64,000 nt of DNA from an uncultured virus (IMG/VR IMGVR_UViG_3300018005_000013). Its lineage: Duplodnaviria; Heunggongvirae; Uroviricota; Caudoviricetes. The translations under genes and the position numbers were made by a program. The stretch lies in IMG/VR virus record IMGVR_UViG_3300018005_000013; one strand, given 5' to 3'. A model generated the notes under the pieces. It ran no database searches. It was given only the letters and a program-made list of their open reading frames with translations, and was not told where the DNA came from. Each line of letters begins with the position of its first letter. Within the stretch, counting starts at the first letter, position 1. Of this stretch, positions 54,675 through 63,878 are shown in pieces.

Positions 54675-55252
54675 GCCTTGGCCTCCATCTCGTGCAGATA
54701 CGCCGCGGAAATCATCACCGACATGCAGGCCATACACCAGCCGAAGGCGCGCAGGTGGCCCTCCACCTCGGCGGTCGACTCGAGCCCCTGGAGGCGCATC
54801 GTCATCGACAGGGCGGACATGACCATGTCGGCAACGGCATCGTCGGCCCGCTCGCGTCCGCCAAACTTCCGGTTGAGCAGTTCCCGCCCGGCCATGAGAT
54901 AGTCGGATGCTTGCATGTAGTTTAGGTCCGGCACGGGCAGGTCCAGCGGCGGCTCCGGCGGCCTGTCCGGCGCACGGTCGCCGGGCACTCTCTCCATCTC
55001 CCGGATATACCCCAGGGTGATCCCGATGGCCGTGGCGGCGCTAAATTGCAGCAGGTCCCGCATCTTCTCCTCGACCTGGTCGGGCGAGCCCTTCTCGTGC
55101 CAAATAGCCATGGCGATGGCCACGGAGGCTAGGTCCGTGACGGCCCGCGCCCCCTCCGAATCCCCGCCGAACTTAGCCACGAGTACCTCGCGCCCGGGCC
55201 GCAGGTAGTCGGCGGCCTGCGAAATGGTCAGGTTGGGAATGGGTAGGCTCAC
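54671..55252 (-). CDS. Hypothetical protein made of two tandem ~90-aa repeats
   Basis: LPIPNLTISQAADYLRPGREVLVAKFGG and LPVPDLNYMQASDYLMAGRELLNRKFGG. Confidence 0.7.
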   Translation of the reverse strand: MSLPIPNLTISQAADYLRPGREVLVAKFGGDSEGARAVTDLASVAIAMAIWHEKGSPDQVEEKMRDLLQFSAATAIGITLGYIREMERVPGDRAPDRPPEPPLDLPVPDLNYMQASDYLMAGRELLNRKFGGRERADDAVADMVMSALSMTMRLQGLESTAEVEGHLRAFGWCMACMSVMISAAYLHEMEAKA

Positions 55253-55460
55253 TCGGCGGCTCCTAGCCTGGGCGCAAGCACCCGGATGCCGTACTCGATG
55301 ATCTCGCGGTTGCAGATGCGCACAGCCTCGCGGTAGGCCTCGAGTTCGCTCCTGCAAATCTTGGAATCGCGGCCAGGCCTCCAGGGGCCGTCGCCCATGG
55401 CGATCCAGACGTACCAGCGGTGATCCCCGCGCTGCTGAATACATACGCGGTTGTCCGCGC

Positions 55461-55733
55461 TCACGGCGTTGGCGTCGCATCGGGCTCGGGGATGATCGTC
55501 CCGCCCGTCATGGACAGGATTGGCCCCTCGGGCCCGTTCATATCCCAGGAGCGGTAGCAGTTGATCCCGCGGGTGCCGCCAAATCCGCTCGTGTCCATCA
55601 CGCAGTACCCGGTGATCTGGTACCGGCTGCCATCTGGCCCGACGACAAGGTAGTGCTGCGGCGTGTAGGTCGGCGCGCAGGCGGCCAGCCCAAGAATGAA
55701 AATCGCGGCGGCGAGCAAAAGTCGCAGTTTCAT
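55461..55733 (-). CDS. Lipoprotein
   Basis: MKLRLLLAAAIFILGLAAC signal with lipobox LAAC. Confidence 0.75.
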   Translation of the reverse strand: MKLRLLLAAAIFILGLAACAPTYTPQHYLVVGPDGSRYQITGYCVMDTSGFGGTRGINCYRSWDMNGPEGPILSMTGGTIIPEPDATPTP

Positions 55734-56287
55734 GGCATCACTCCAGCAAGCATCTCAGAAGCAACCGGGTAGAAGTTCCAGCAGTCCACGCCCACGTCGA
55801 CTCGCATCCCCCGCATCTTCCCGGGCGGAAGGTTGGCGTCGCCGCTGGCCTCGCACACGCCGACGGTCCCGTGGCTGTGGCCGTGCAGGTGCCAGGCCCC
55901 GTAGTGGCTCTGTTCCCAGGAGAGCATGGGGTAGTGGCAAAGCACAATCTTGCCCATGTTCGGGTCTGGGACCCGCAGGATCGGGGGCGCGATTACCACC
56001 GGATGGCCGTTGACAGTGTGCATGGCGCGCCCGATCCAGTGCCGGTCGTGGCCGCCAGGAATGAGGATCACATGGCCGTTCAGGCGGCGGAAGTAGGCCT
56101 CCGCGGCGTCCGGCCCGCTCAGCGTGAAGTCGCCCAGGCAGTACACGGTGTCCTTGTCGCTCACGCGGTCGTTCCAGCGATTGATAATGGCCTCGTCCAT
56201 CTCCTCGAGCGAGGCGAAGGGGCGCGTCACGTACTGTATGATCCGACTGTGGCCCAGGTGCTCGTCGGCGGTATAAAAGACGCTCAT
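55730..56287 (-). CDS. Calcineurin-like metallophosphoesterase
   Basis: ADEHLGH, LGDF, GGHD, CHYP, HGHSH. Confidence 0.92.
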   Translation of the reverse strand: MSVFYTADEHLGHSRIIQYVTRPFASLEEMDEAIINRWNDRVSDKDTVYCLGDFTLSGPDAAEAYFRRLNGHVILIPGGHDRHWIGRAMHTVNGHPVVIAPPILRVPDPNMGKIVLCHYPMLSWEQSHYGAWHLHGHSHGTVGVCEASGDANLPPGKMRGMRVDVGVDCWNFYPVASEMLAGVMP

Positions 56288-57327
56288 AGGAGCCTCACGG
56301 GCGCGGCGGCGATCCGCTCGCGGGCCAATTCGAGGTACTCGGCCTTGAGGTCCAACCCGACGAAGGCGCGCCCGAGCTTCTGGGCCACGACCCCCGTTGT
56401 CCCGCTGCCACAGAACGGGTCGAGCACTAGCGCGGGCACGGCCTCGCCGCAAGAGCACTGGCAGGTTGGCTGCCAGCCGACGGTCCGCACCTCGTCTACC
56501 ATGCCCTCGGGCCCGGAGACGTGGCCGTCCGTCCGGCCCGTCTTCTCTCGCGTCGCCCGGCGTTGGGCCTCTACATCGCGGGTCGGGTGCTTGGTCCGCT
56601 CGAGGACGCGCTCCCACGGGCTGCCACAGCGCGGGCAGTTCCCGCGGTCGCTCGTGCCCGCCAGGATACAGGGTTCGACGAGCTTCTCCGGGAATGTGGC
56701 GAAGTGAGCGCCATGGTAGGGCTGCGTGACGATGGCCCAGACATCCCGTAGGTTACGCCCGGTCGCGGTAATCCGCGTGTTCGCCTCGCCGCGCAGACTC
56801 TCCGCGTCGTTCCTCGAGGCATCGACCCTGCCGCGAGGCCCGCGGGTGTAGCCTTTGGCTGCTCGAGCAAGCATGTCCTCCGTGTTGGGTTCCTTCACGG
56901 CTTCGGCATCGTAGAAGTATCGGTCGGACTTTGAAAAAAGGAAGACCTGCTCATGCGCCCGGGTGGGGCGGTCCGTCACGGGCTCTGGCATGCCATTCGG
57001 CTTGGCCCAGATGATTTCGGCTCGCAGATGCCACCCATAGCTCTGTAGGGCGAAGGCCACGCGCCAGGGCATGCCCATCAATTCCTTGTCGGCGTAGCAG
57101 TCGCCCAGATTGAGCCAGAGTGTGCCATCCGGGCGCAGGGCTCGGCGCGCCTGGCGGAAGGCCAGGACGAGGTCCTCGGCGTACTCCCCAGCCGTTTCCT
57201 CGAGGCCGATTCCCTTTTCGCCCAGGCCGTAGTCGCGCAAGTTCCAAAATGGCGGCGAAGTGATAATAGCCTGAACCATATTATCGGCGATAGGAATAGC
57301 GCGGGCGTCGGCGAGGATCAGGCTCAT
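56284..57327 (-). CDS. DNA amino-methyltransferase (N4-C/N6-A, beta class)
   Basis: TSPPF catalytic motif, IIWAKPN, HFATFP, LDPFCGSGTT; no adjacent restriction gene seen. Confidence 0.94.
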   Translation of the reverse strand: MSLILADARAIPIADNMVQAIITSPPFWNLRDYGLGEKGIGLEETAGEYAEDLVLAFRQARRALRPDGTLWLNLGDCYADKELMGMPWRVAFALQSYGWHLRAEIIWAKPNGMPEPVTDRPTRAHEQVFLFSKSDRYFYDAEAVKEPNTEDMLARAAKGYTRGPRGRVDASRNDAESLRGEANTRITATGRNLRDVWAIVTQPYHGAHFATFPEKLVEPCILAGTSDRGNCPRCGSPWERVLERTKHPTRDVEAQRRATREKTGRTDGHVSGPEGMVDEVRTVGWQPTCQCSCGEAVPALVLDPFCGSGTTGVVAQKLGRAFVGLDLKAEYLELARERIAAAPVRLL

Positions 57328-57746
57328 GCCATCGCCGCATTTGCGAGGACATCTCGCTCGAGCCGCTCGGGGTCGTCGCACAGGGACAGATTGGGCTCGA
57401 CCTCGCAAATCCAGGTCAGGCAGCCGTCGGGCCCGCACTCGCCGCCGAGTTCCGGCTTGGGTCCGGCTTGTCGGTACTCCCTGCCGCACATGCAGCAGCG
57501 GCTCAGGCCCTTGGCCGTGCTCTCCCGCAGGTCGCGCAGGTTGCGAGCGACGCGCAGGACGCCGCCGAATGGAAAACAGGTCGCGTTCCAGAGGATAAAG
57601 CCGCAGTCATCGTCGGACAGGTCGGGCTTGCGGAGGATGCGGCGAACGAGGTCGTAGGTGGTCAGGCCAGAGGGCGCTGGCTTGGCTGCGCGCTCCCGCA
57701 GCAGTTGGGCCTTGTGCTCGTCGGAGAGGTCGGGGGCGTCGCTCAT
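57324..57746 (-). CDS. Hypothetical Cys-rich protein
   Basis: 140 aa, ATGA-coupled to the methyltransferase gene. Confidence 0.6.
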   Translation of the reverse strand: MSDAPDLSDEHKAQLLRERAAKPAPSGLTTYDLVRRILRKPDLSDDDCGFILWNATCFPFGGVLRVARNLRDLRESTAKGLSRCCMCGREYRQAGPKPELGGECGPDGCLTWICEVEPNLSLCDDPERLERDVLANAAMA

Positions 57747-57824
57747 GGTCCACCTTTACGTCAAGCAATCGGGCTGTGGCTTTCCACAACCCGCCTTGTG
57801 GCTACTGGGCTTGCCACACGGCCA

Positions 57825-57860
57825 ATTATACCATGTCGGGCCCTGGCCGACAGGTGTCGG
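57825..57860 (-). promoter_or_regulatory. Extended -10 promoter with repeated CCGACA sites
   Basis: TGGTATAAT at 57825..57833; CCGACA-CC-TGTCGG palindrome at 57847..57860 plus a third half-site at 57834..57839. Confidence 0.65.
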
Positions 57861-58087
57861 AGGCCTTCGCTTATTCCAGTCCGCGCCCCGAAAGTGGGGC
57901 AAGGCCGCCGCTATTCTACTTTGGGGCCCGAAAGTGGAATAGGCTCGTATCAGATTCTAGTATCACAACCGGAACTTGATCCGAAACGCGCAGCAGGGCA
58001 GCGGGCAGACCCACAGGCAACGGGCGACGTGCTGGTCCCAGTAGGCTCCGACCCACAGGTCGTACCAGGCGAAGCGGAAGGTGACGC

Positions 58088-58384
58088 TCAGGATGTGGGG
58101 CATGAGCGCGCTCGCACGAGCTTGAACATAGCATCGACGTCGGGCTCGTCCCGGCACCACAGTTTCAGGAGCGGGTGATCGGGCGAGACCTTGGCTGCCA
58201 GCGCCTCGGGTCCCTCCTCGCGGTAGAGCCGATAGGCGTCCACTTCCTGCGGGAAACCGGCAGCCAGGCGGCTCAGGTTCTCCGCGTCCGCCGACCGGAT
58301 CGTGGCGAAGAGGTTGTGGAAAAAGTACCCGCTTCGCCCGTACATATTCTCGAGGAACCGGTCGTACCCGTTCGTCTCAGGCAT
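58088..58384 (-). CDS. Hypothetical protein
   Basis: 98 aa, GAGGGG RBS. Confidence 0.6.
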   Translation of the reverse strand: MPETNGYDRFLENMYGRSGYFFHNLFATIRSADAENLSRLAAGFPQEVDAYRLYREEGPEALAAKVSPDHPLLKLWCRDEPDVDAMFKLVRARSCPTS

Positions 58385-58400
58385 GGCTCACCCCTCTCAT

Positions 58401-58673
58401 TCAGATCGTGGGACTTAGCGGGCGACGCTCCCAAAGCTCCCGCTCGATGGCCGTGGCGACATCCCCTTTGGCCCTATCGGTTTGGCACAGGTCGCACAGC
58501 GGATAGAAGATGAATCTCTGCTTGCCCTGGGGAGCACCCCACTCGTGCTTGTCGGTGCACATGACGCCAAAGGATCGCGTCGGCCTGTCGCAAAGGATGC
58601 ACGGGGCCTCGATCTCGCCGTTGGTCCGCGCCCGCATCGCCTCGTGCAGTTGCGCAAGTTGATCCTCCGTCAC
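58401..58673 (-). CDS. Putative zinc-finger protein
   Basis: CILC..CDLC. Confidence 0.6.
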   Translation of the reverse strand: MTEDQLAQLHEAMRARTNGEIEAPCILCDRPTRSFGVMCTDKHEWGAPQGKQRFIFYPLCDLCQTDRAKGDVATAIERELWERRPLSPTI

Positions 58674-58676
58674 CCC

Positions 58677-59111
58677 TCACTCTCCATGGTTCAGGACGAG
58701 CACGGCGCGCAGGAAAAGGATGAACGCCCGCGCATCTGCCAGACTGGGCCTGGGCCGGAAGGGCGTGCCCCGGCACCACTTCTGGCGCGTGACCTTGAAA
58801 ATCGGGCAGCGGTGGCACGGGTTCTTGGCACCCCTTTGCCAGTAGGTGTAGCAGAGCGGGCAGTTCCGCCCTGCCTGAACGACGACCTTGTCCTCCTTGA
58901 GCAAGCGCAGGATCACGCGCCACTTACGGATCGACTCGCGGATGGCCGGGTTAGGGATACGGGGCGGCCACATGCCCGCCACCTGGATCGTGTAGCTACC
59001 ATGTAGCCACGGCTGGCCCGCGGGGGCGTAGTGATAGATCGGAATGAAAATCAGGCGCTCGGCGCGCGATCGGCGGGTGGGTCGGTCCGAGCCGAAGGTC
59101 CTGGGGCTCAT
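58677..59111 (-). CDS. Basic Cys-rich hypothetical protein
   Basis: CPLC..CHRCP; ATGA overlap start. Confidence 0.5.
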   Translation of the reverse strand: MSPRTFGSDRPTRRSRAERLIFIPIYHYAPAGQPWLHGSYTIQVAGMWPPRIPNPAIRESIRKWRVILRLLKEDKVVVQAGRNCPLCYTYWQRGAKNPCHRCPIFKVTRQKWCRGTPFRPRPSLADARAFILFLRAVLVLNHGE

Positions 59112-59749
59112 GCCAACTCCCCCGGAGACTGCATCTGGGGCTCCGGTTCGTGGTCGGGCGTGCAATGCAGGCAGTAGTCCGCCAACAGGTTGCCCTGAAG
59201 ACCAGAGGCGGGCTCCTGGGCCGCGGCATAGAAGTCCGCAATCGGACGGTACTGCTCGCATTTCGCGCACCACCGGTCTAGCCGCTGGGGCGGGTACTGC
59301 CCGCCGACCCGCAGGATTCCGCCCGGCCCTTTGAAAATGAGGCCCGGCTCCCAATTCCCTGCGACCACTGTCTCGATGAGGTCGTACTGGACGAAGGACG
59401 CGCCAACACTGTAGCTCGAGGTGGTCGGAACGCCCATGATGACATAGCGGCCCTGGGGCAGGACCCGGCGCAGCAGTTTCTTGGCCGCGTCCCGGCTCAA
59501 GGGCTGGCCGTCCGCGTCCGCGGCCAGCTTGGGGACGAGCAGCCGGACGGGCATGGCACCGGCCTTGCAAATCTTGCTCAGCCGCTCGCGGGACCTGGCC
59601 TTGTATTCTAGGCTCACGAGAGGGCGACAGGCGGGGCAGAACTTGGAGCCGCCGTGCGGCAGGTAGAGCGCCTGGCAGCGTTGGCAGTGGACCCTGACCG
59701 TGCACCGGCGCACGGCTCTCGCCTCGAGGGGCGGGGCCGTAGTCACCAT
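59108..59749 (-). CDS. Protein with two zinc-ribbon-like motifs
   Basis: CQRC..CPAC and CAKC..CLHC. Confidence 0.6.
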   Translation of the reverse strand: MVTTAPPLEARAVRRCTVRVHCQRCQALYLPHGGSKFCPACRPLVSLEYKARSRERLSKICKAGAMPVRLLVPKLAADADGQPLSRDAAKKLLRRVLPQGRYVIMGVPTTSSYSVGASFVQYDLIETVVAGNWEPGLIFKGPGGILRVGGQYPPQRLDRWCAKCEQYRPIADFYAAAQEPASGLQGNLLADYCLHCTPDHEPEPQMQSPGELA

Positions 59750-60192
59750 TCGCTTCCGGCCAGCTTGTGCAGGTAGTCCATGGCCTCCGCCAGAGTCGGG
59801 AAGACGATGTCGGCGGCCTCGAGTACGAAGGCGTGCCAGTGCACGCTCGGGTTCTCCATCACGACGATTGTGTGCTTGCGCAGCATGTGCGCCCAGGCCA
59901 ACTCCATCATGCAGCCAATGCTCACGCCCTTGGCCTCGCGCAGGTCCACGAGGACCACGTCCGCCAGGCCCACCATCCAGGCGTCGCGCTCCACAATGGC
60001 GTGGTTGGTAGAGACGGGGTTGCCGTAGCCGTGCGCCTTGAACTCCGTCTCCGTGCGCAGGTAGCCCTTGCCGGTCATCGGGTGCAGTATCTCGAAGTCC
60101 GCGCCGAGCATCCTGACGATGCCGTCGATGTAGGACACGACCTGCTCCCCCGTGAGCCCCGAAATCGGATGCGCCGTGTACAGTTTGAGCAC
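59743..60192 (-). CDS. Nucleoside 2-deoxyribosyltransferase / nucleotide N-glycosidase-like protein
   Basis: LYTAHPI..RD....ADVVLV..SIGCMMELAWA. Confidence 0.82.
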   Translation of the reverse strand: MLKLYTAHPISGLTGEQVVSYIDGIVRMLGADFEILHPMTGKGYLRTETEFKAHGYGNPVSTNHAIVERDAWMVGLADVVLVDLREAKGVSIGCMMELAWAHMLRKHTIVVMENPSVHWHAFVLEAADIVFPTLAEAMDYLHKLAGSEW

Positions 60193-60563
60193 GTTTGCCT
60201 CCCTATCAGGCCGATCCCAGGACCACGCCAAGAGCCCACGCGACGGCCCCGACAATGGCCACGGTGAAAAGCAGTGTGAGCACGATCACCAGGCAGCCGC
60301 GGCCATTATCGTCCGCCGCCATGGAAATGGGGCCGAACAGCATGAGCGCGGCGACGAGTCCCAGGACGATCCAGGCAACGGTGTGGGCAATCACCGCTTC
60401 CTCTCCTTCCGGCGCTTGTGGGCACATCGGAAACACTCGCGCTCCCGTATCTCGCCGCCTACGATCACGACCCCGTGCGGGCGCACAACCGGCTTGCACC
60501 CGCGCCCGGGGCAGCCCTTGCGCGTGTGGTAAATGGCCACGTTGGTCAGCATGTTGGCCAGCT

Positions 60564-60779
60564 TCATTCGTCGCGCTCCCGGAAAAAGAACGTCCCAAGA
60601 ATAAGTAGGCCCAGCAACCATAAGCAGACCAGCGCGGCGGGCAGCCAGATGGGAGTGAAAATCCAGAACCAGGACCAGTGCACGATGCCGAGTACCTTGG
60701 CTAGGACCAGAGCAAGCTGGATGCAGAACCAGCATCCGCCCAGCGGGCCGGAGTCGATGACAGCCTCGTCGGGCATCAT
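60564..60779 (-). CDS. Small membrane protein
   Basis: LAKVLGIVHWSWFWIFTPIW. Confidence 0.65.
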   Translation of the reverse strand: MMPDEAVIDSGPLGGCWFCIQLALVLAKVLGIVHWSWFWIFTPIWLPAALVCLWLLGLLILGTFFFRERDE

Positions 60780-61393
60780 CCCTGCCTCGCTTGCTCAGCC
60801 GCGCCCATCAGGTCCTTCGGGGCCAACTGCGCTCCGGTCTTCGGGTCTTGCCACCACGGCGGCGGCCCGTGGAGCGGGAAGATGTCCGCGCCCTTGGAGA
60901 CGATATTGAGGACCTCAAGCAGGCCGGTGGCGAGCTTGTCGTCTACGTAGGTGTGAGTCCGCGCAAGCTCGTGGAGCGTCAGCCGGGCCGACTCAAGCCG
61001 GGCGTCGAGGTTGACCACCTCGTCCTCGAGCGCCGCGTTGTTCGCCAGGGCCTTGTGCTCCCGCTCCTGCGCCTCGGTCAGTCGCAGGGCCAGCGTGCCC
61101 ATCCAGCGTTCCCTGCCCTCGAGTTCCAGGTGCGCCTTGCCGATGCGATCCAGAAGCGCCTTGTTGTCGGCCATGAGCGCCTCGGCTCGGCCTTTCCAGT
61201 CGTTGCCGCGCTCCATCGCCGCGGTGAAGTTCGCCCTGAGAACCTCCATCCCCGCCGCGGCTCGCTCGAGGGCGGCGACCCTCTCGCGCATGGCGGACCC
61301 CATCCACTGGCCAATGTGGTCGGAGAGTTTCCGGCTACCGGGGTCGGCCAGCATTGCGTCCAAGTCGGGTCGAGTGTCCGTGTCCGATCCCAT
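60776..61393 (-). CDS. Coiled-coil hypothetical protein
   Basis: 205 aa, GGGAGG RBS. Confidence 0.65.
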   Translation of the reverse strand: MGSDTDTRPDLDAMLADPGSRKLSDHIGQWMGSAMRERVAALERAAAGMEVLRANFTAAMERGNDWKGRAEALMADNKALLDRIGKAHLELEGRERWMGTLALRLTEAQEREHKALANNAALEDEVVNLDARLESARLTLHELARTHTYVDDKLATGLLEVLNIVSKGADIFPLHGPPPWWQDPKTGAQLAPKDLMGAAEQARQG

Positions 61394-61403
61394 GCTGCCT
61401 CCC

Positions 61404-61634
61404 TTAGTCGCCGCCGCAGGTGCTCGCGGGCAGCGGTATGCTCGGCCTCATGGCCCACCAGGTTTGCGCGGCGTCACGCAGCAGCCTTGCACAGTCGGGG
61501 CACACGTCCAGGTTGTCCGTGGTCCAGCCGTCCTGAAGGTACCAGAGAATGTCGCGGTCCGTGAGTTCCATCGCGTCCGGTTCCCCCTTGGGGTAGCCCT
61601 TGCCGCAGCGGTCGCAGACCTTTTGGGTTGCCAT
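61404..61634 (-). CDS. Small zinc-finger protein
   Basis: CDRC..CPDC. Confidence 0.65.
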   Translation of the reverse strand: MATQKVCDRCGKGYPKGEPDAMELTDRDILWYLQDGWTTDNLDVCPDCARLLRDAAQTWWAMRPSIPLPASTCGGD

Positions 61635-61644
61635 GGCCGTCTGC

Positions 61645-62034
61645 CTACTCGGGCCTGGCCTGGCCGCCGAGGCGGTAGTAGGCCACGTCGCTCACGTCTA
61701 GGTCATACATGTGCACCGGCGGCTGCGTGGCGTAGAGCATCGCGTCGCTTTCGAGCATCTCGGCGGCGCGTCGGTGCTCCGTCATCTTCCCGTAGGCCTC
61801 CTGCATCCGGTTGTACGCCGCGGGATCGCCGTAGTTGACCACCAGGTCCGTGCGCTTGCCGCCTGTCACCTCGAACTCACGAAACTCGACCCGGGCCGTG
61901 TCCTTGAGACGGCTGACGGCCCCGGCGTACTCGCCCTGATAGAAGGCGATCCGATCCCGGTGGTACTGGGCCTCCGCCTTGGCAGCAGCGGCGATCTGGC
62001 CAGCGGTGAATCGAAAGACGTGCTTGTCCCTCAT
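61645..62034 (-). CDS. Hypothetical protein
   Basis: Start MRDKHV, GGGAGG RBS, ATGA overlap. Confidence 0.65.
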   Translation of the reverse strand: MRDKHVFRFTAGQIAAAAKAEAQYHRDRIAFYQGEYAGAVSRLKDTARVEFREFEVTGGKRTDLVVNYGDPAAYNRMQEAYGKMTEHRRAAEMLESDAMLYATQPPVHMYDLDVSDVAYYRLGGQARPE

Positions 62035-62259
62035 TTCCCCTCCCTGTCTTTGACAACCTGGTAGGTCGTGCGCGGGTCTTCTTCCTCGGGCCGCAAGAAT
62101 CGGATGGCGGGCAGCATAGCAGCGTAGAGGCGGGCCAGCCGCCAGATTGTGAGCGGTGCCCTCCACCACGGCCCCATCCGGTCCAGGCGCACCAGGAAGG
62201 TCGGCCTGGGCGGCAGGGCCGCGTCCGTTCCGTCCCCAAGGTTGAAAATGGGCATCAGG

Positions 62260-62658
62260 TCAACTCCCCTTGGCTGGCCAAGTTCCTTGCTGGCATCGGT
62301 CCGCGCCCGCGAACTTGCCCCAGACCACGTGCTTGAACTCGATCCGCGTCACCCTCGCCTCGGGGCCGCACCGGTTTGCCCTGCCGAACATGGCCACGAA
62401 GCCCCCCGGCGTCATCCCAGGGAATCCCTCGCGGATGCACTCATCGCGGTCAATCCCCGCCAGCGTGACTTGCCGGGCGCTCACGACCTCAATCTCGCCG
62501 AGGATGCGCTGGCGGTCGCCCTTCTTGAGACCCATGCCCTTCTCGACGGCGATGAGGTGGTCGCCCGGCTTGAGTAATTTCCACCCGAGCCGCCGGGTCA
62601 CGTCCTTCGACCCGTCCAGGAATTGCCGCGTGGTCATGCTAAAGGCGATGCGTCGCAT
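62260..62658 (-). CDS. ASCH (PUA-like) domain protein
   Basis: IAFS...FLDGSKDVTRR..LKPGD..REGF..VTRIEF. Confidence 0.82.
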   Translation of the reverse strand: MRRIAFSMTTRQFLDGSKDVTRRLGWKLLKPGDHLIAVEKGMGLKKGDRQRILGEIEVVSARQVTLAGIDRDECIREGFPGMTPGGFVAMFGRANRCGPEARVTRIEFKHVVWGKFAGADRCQQGTWPAKGS

Positions 62659-62857
62659 CAGGGGGCGTCCGGGCCGCTGGTGTTCACGTCCACGAGCAGG
62701 ACCATGCCGACAATGAGCATCACGCCGAGCAGGATCACCCCGAACAGCGGCAGGTCCGTCAGGTAAAGTTGCCAGAGCCCGTAGATCACCCCGCCCAGTA
62801 GCACCGCCAGCGGGACGGAAACCAGCGTCCATCCGATCAGGTGCCGCCATCGTCTGC

Positions 62858-63070
62858 TCATTCTGCCTTCTCCAATTCGCGCCCGTCGTCCGCGTGGGCG
62901 CACCCGTCGCACAGGGGCTCGAGATAGGTCTGCATCGCCGACCGGGTGAATGAAAACCAGTGCTCCCGGCAATTCTCGGGCGTCAGCGGGACACCGCACT
63001 TGTGGCAGTTGTGCCCCGCAACCGGCGGCACGTCCTCGACCCCAAACAGGAAGTTTCGTGCATGGTCCAA
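62858..63070 (-). CDS. Small zinc-finger protein
   Basis: CHKC..CDGC. Confidence 0.55.
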   Translation of the reverse strand: MDHARNFLFGVEDVPPVAGHNCHKCGVPLTPENCREHWFSFTRSAMQTYLEPLCDGCAHADDGRELEKAE

Positions 63071-63094
63071 TTATCTCACCTGTTTCGGCCCAGG

Positions 63095-63571
63095 CTACTG
63101 CGCGGGACGCCAGACGTACCGACCCCGCCGGTAGCGCGGGCGCAGCCCAGCCGCCCAGCGCCGGGCCTCCCGCACGATCCAGACCCGGTTGCGTGCCAGC
63201 CAGTTCCGGGCTCGGGTGTAATCTGTCCGCGCCCTCCGATCTTGCCCCCACCAGCTTTCGGCGCAGGCATGCGCGTGGTCCACGTCGGACATACACAGGT
63301 CCGCCACGAGCGCCGGAGCCAGGTCTACCGCGATCTTTCGCCAGCGGGCGATGGGAAAGGCGAAGATGCTGGTCTTGTGCTCGACCATGCCCTCCCCGTT
63401 GCGCTTGAGCGTGACCCGGGCCGTGGCCAGGCCAAAGTGCTCGGCCACGACCATATGCAGGCCCTCGTGCACGCGGGCGCAGCGGTTGCAGTGGCATGCG
63501 CCCACGCCGTAGCCCGCCTCGCTCCAAAGCAGGCGTGACCTATAGCGGGGGTTGTGCCGATGCGCCTTCAC
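63095..63571 (-). CDS. Basic hypothetical protein
   Basis: 158 aa, GAGGAG RBS. Confidence 0.5.
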   Translation of the reverse strand: MKAHRHNPRYRSRLLWSEAGYGVGACHCNRCARVHEGLHMVVAEHFGLATARVTLKRNGEGMVEHKTSIFAFPIARWRKIAVDLAPALVADLCMSDVDHAHACAESWWGQDRRARTDYTRARNWLARNRVWIVREARRWAAGLRPRYRRGRYVWRPAQ

Positions 63572-63878
63572 TCGTATGCGGCTCCTCGCCGCCCGGCAAG
63601 TGGATCGAGTCCCAGACCATCAGTGCCAGGTTGGCGATGTCTACAGCCTCTTTCCGCATGATGTCCTCGCGGCCATAGGCTGCTCCCGCCGCGAGTTCGC
63701 CCACGTGGCGGATAAGAGTCCAGGCGAGGAACACGGGCGACCAAATCCGCCAGTCGCCGCGGTCGTCCTTGTGCGCCTCTATGGCGGCGATCATCTCGTG
63801 CTCGAAGGGGGCCAGGCTACGGGCCACCCAATTCTCTGGAAGTTCCCGATAGGCCGGTTTCGCTGTTTCAGGCATCAC
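63540..63878 (-). CDS. MazG-like (all-alpha NTP pyrophosphohydrolase fold) protein
   Basis: HVGELA..RKEAVDIANLALMV (ExxD). Confidence 0.6.
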   Translation of the reverse strand: MMPETAKPAYRELPENWVARSLAPFEHEMIAAIEAHKDDRGDWRIWSPVFLAWTLIRHVGELAAGAAYGREDIMRKEAVDIANLALMVWDSIHLPGGEEPHTSEGASAQPPL

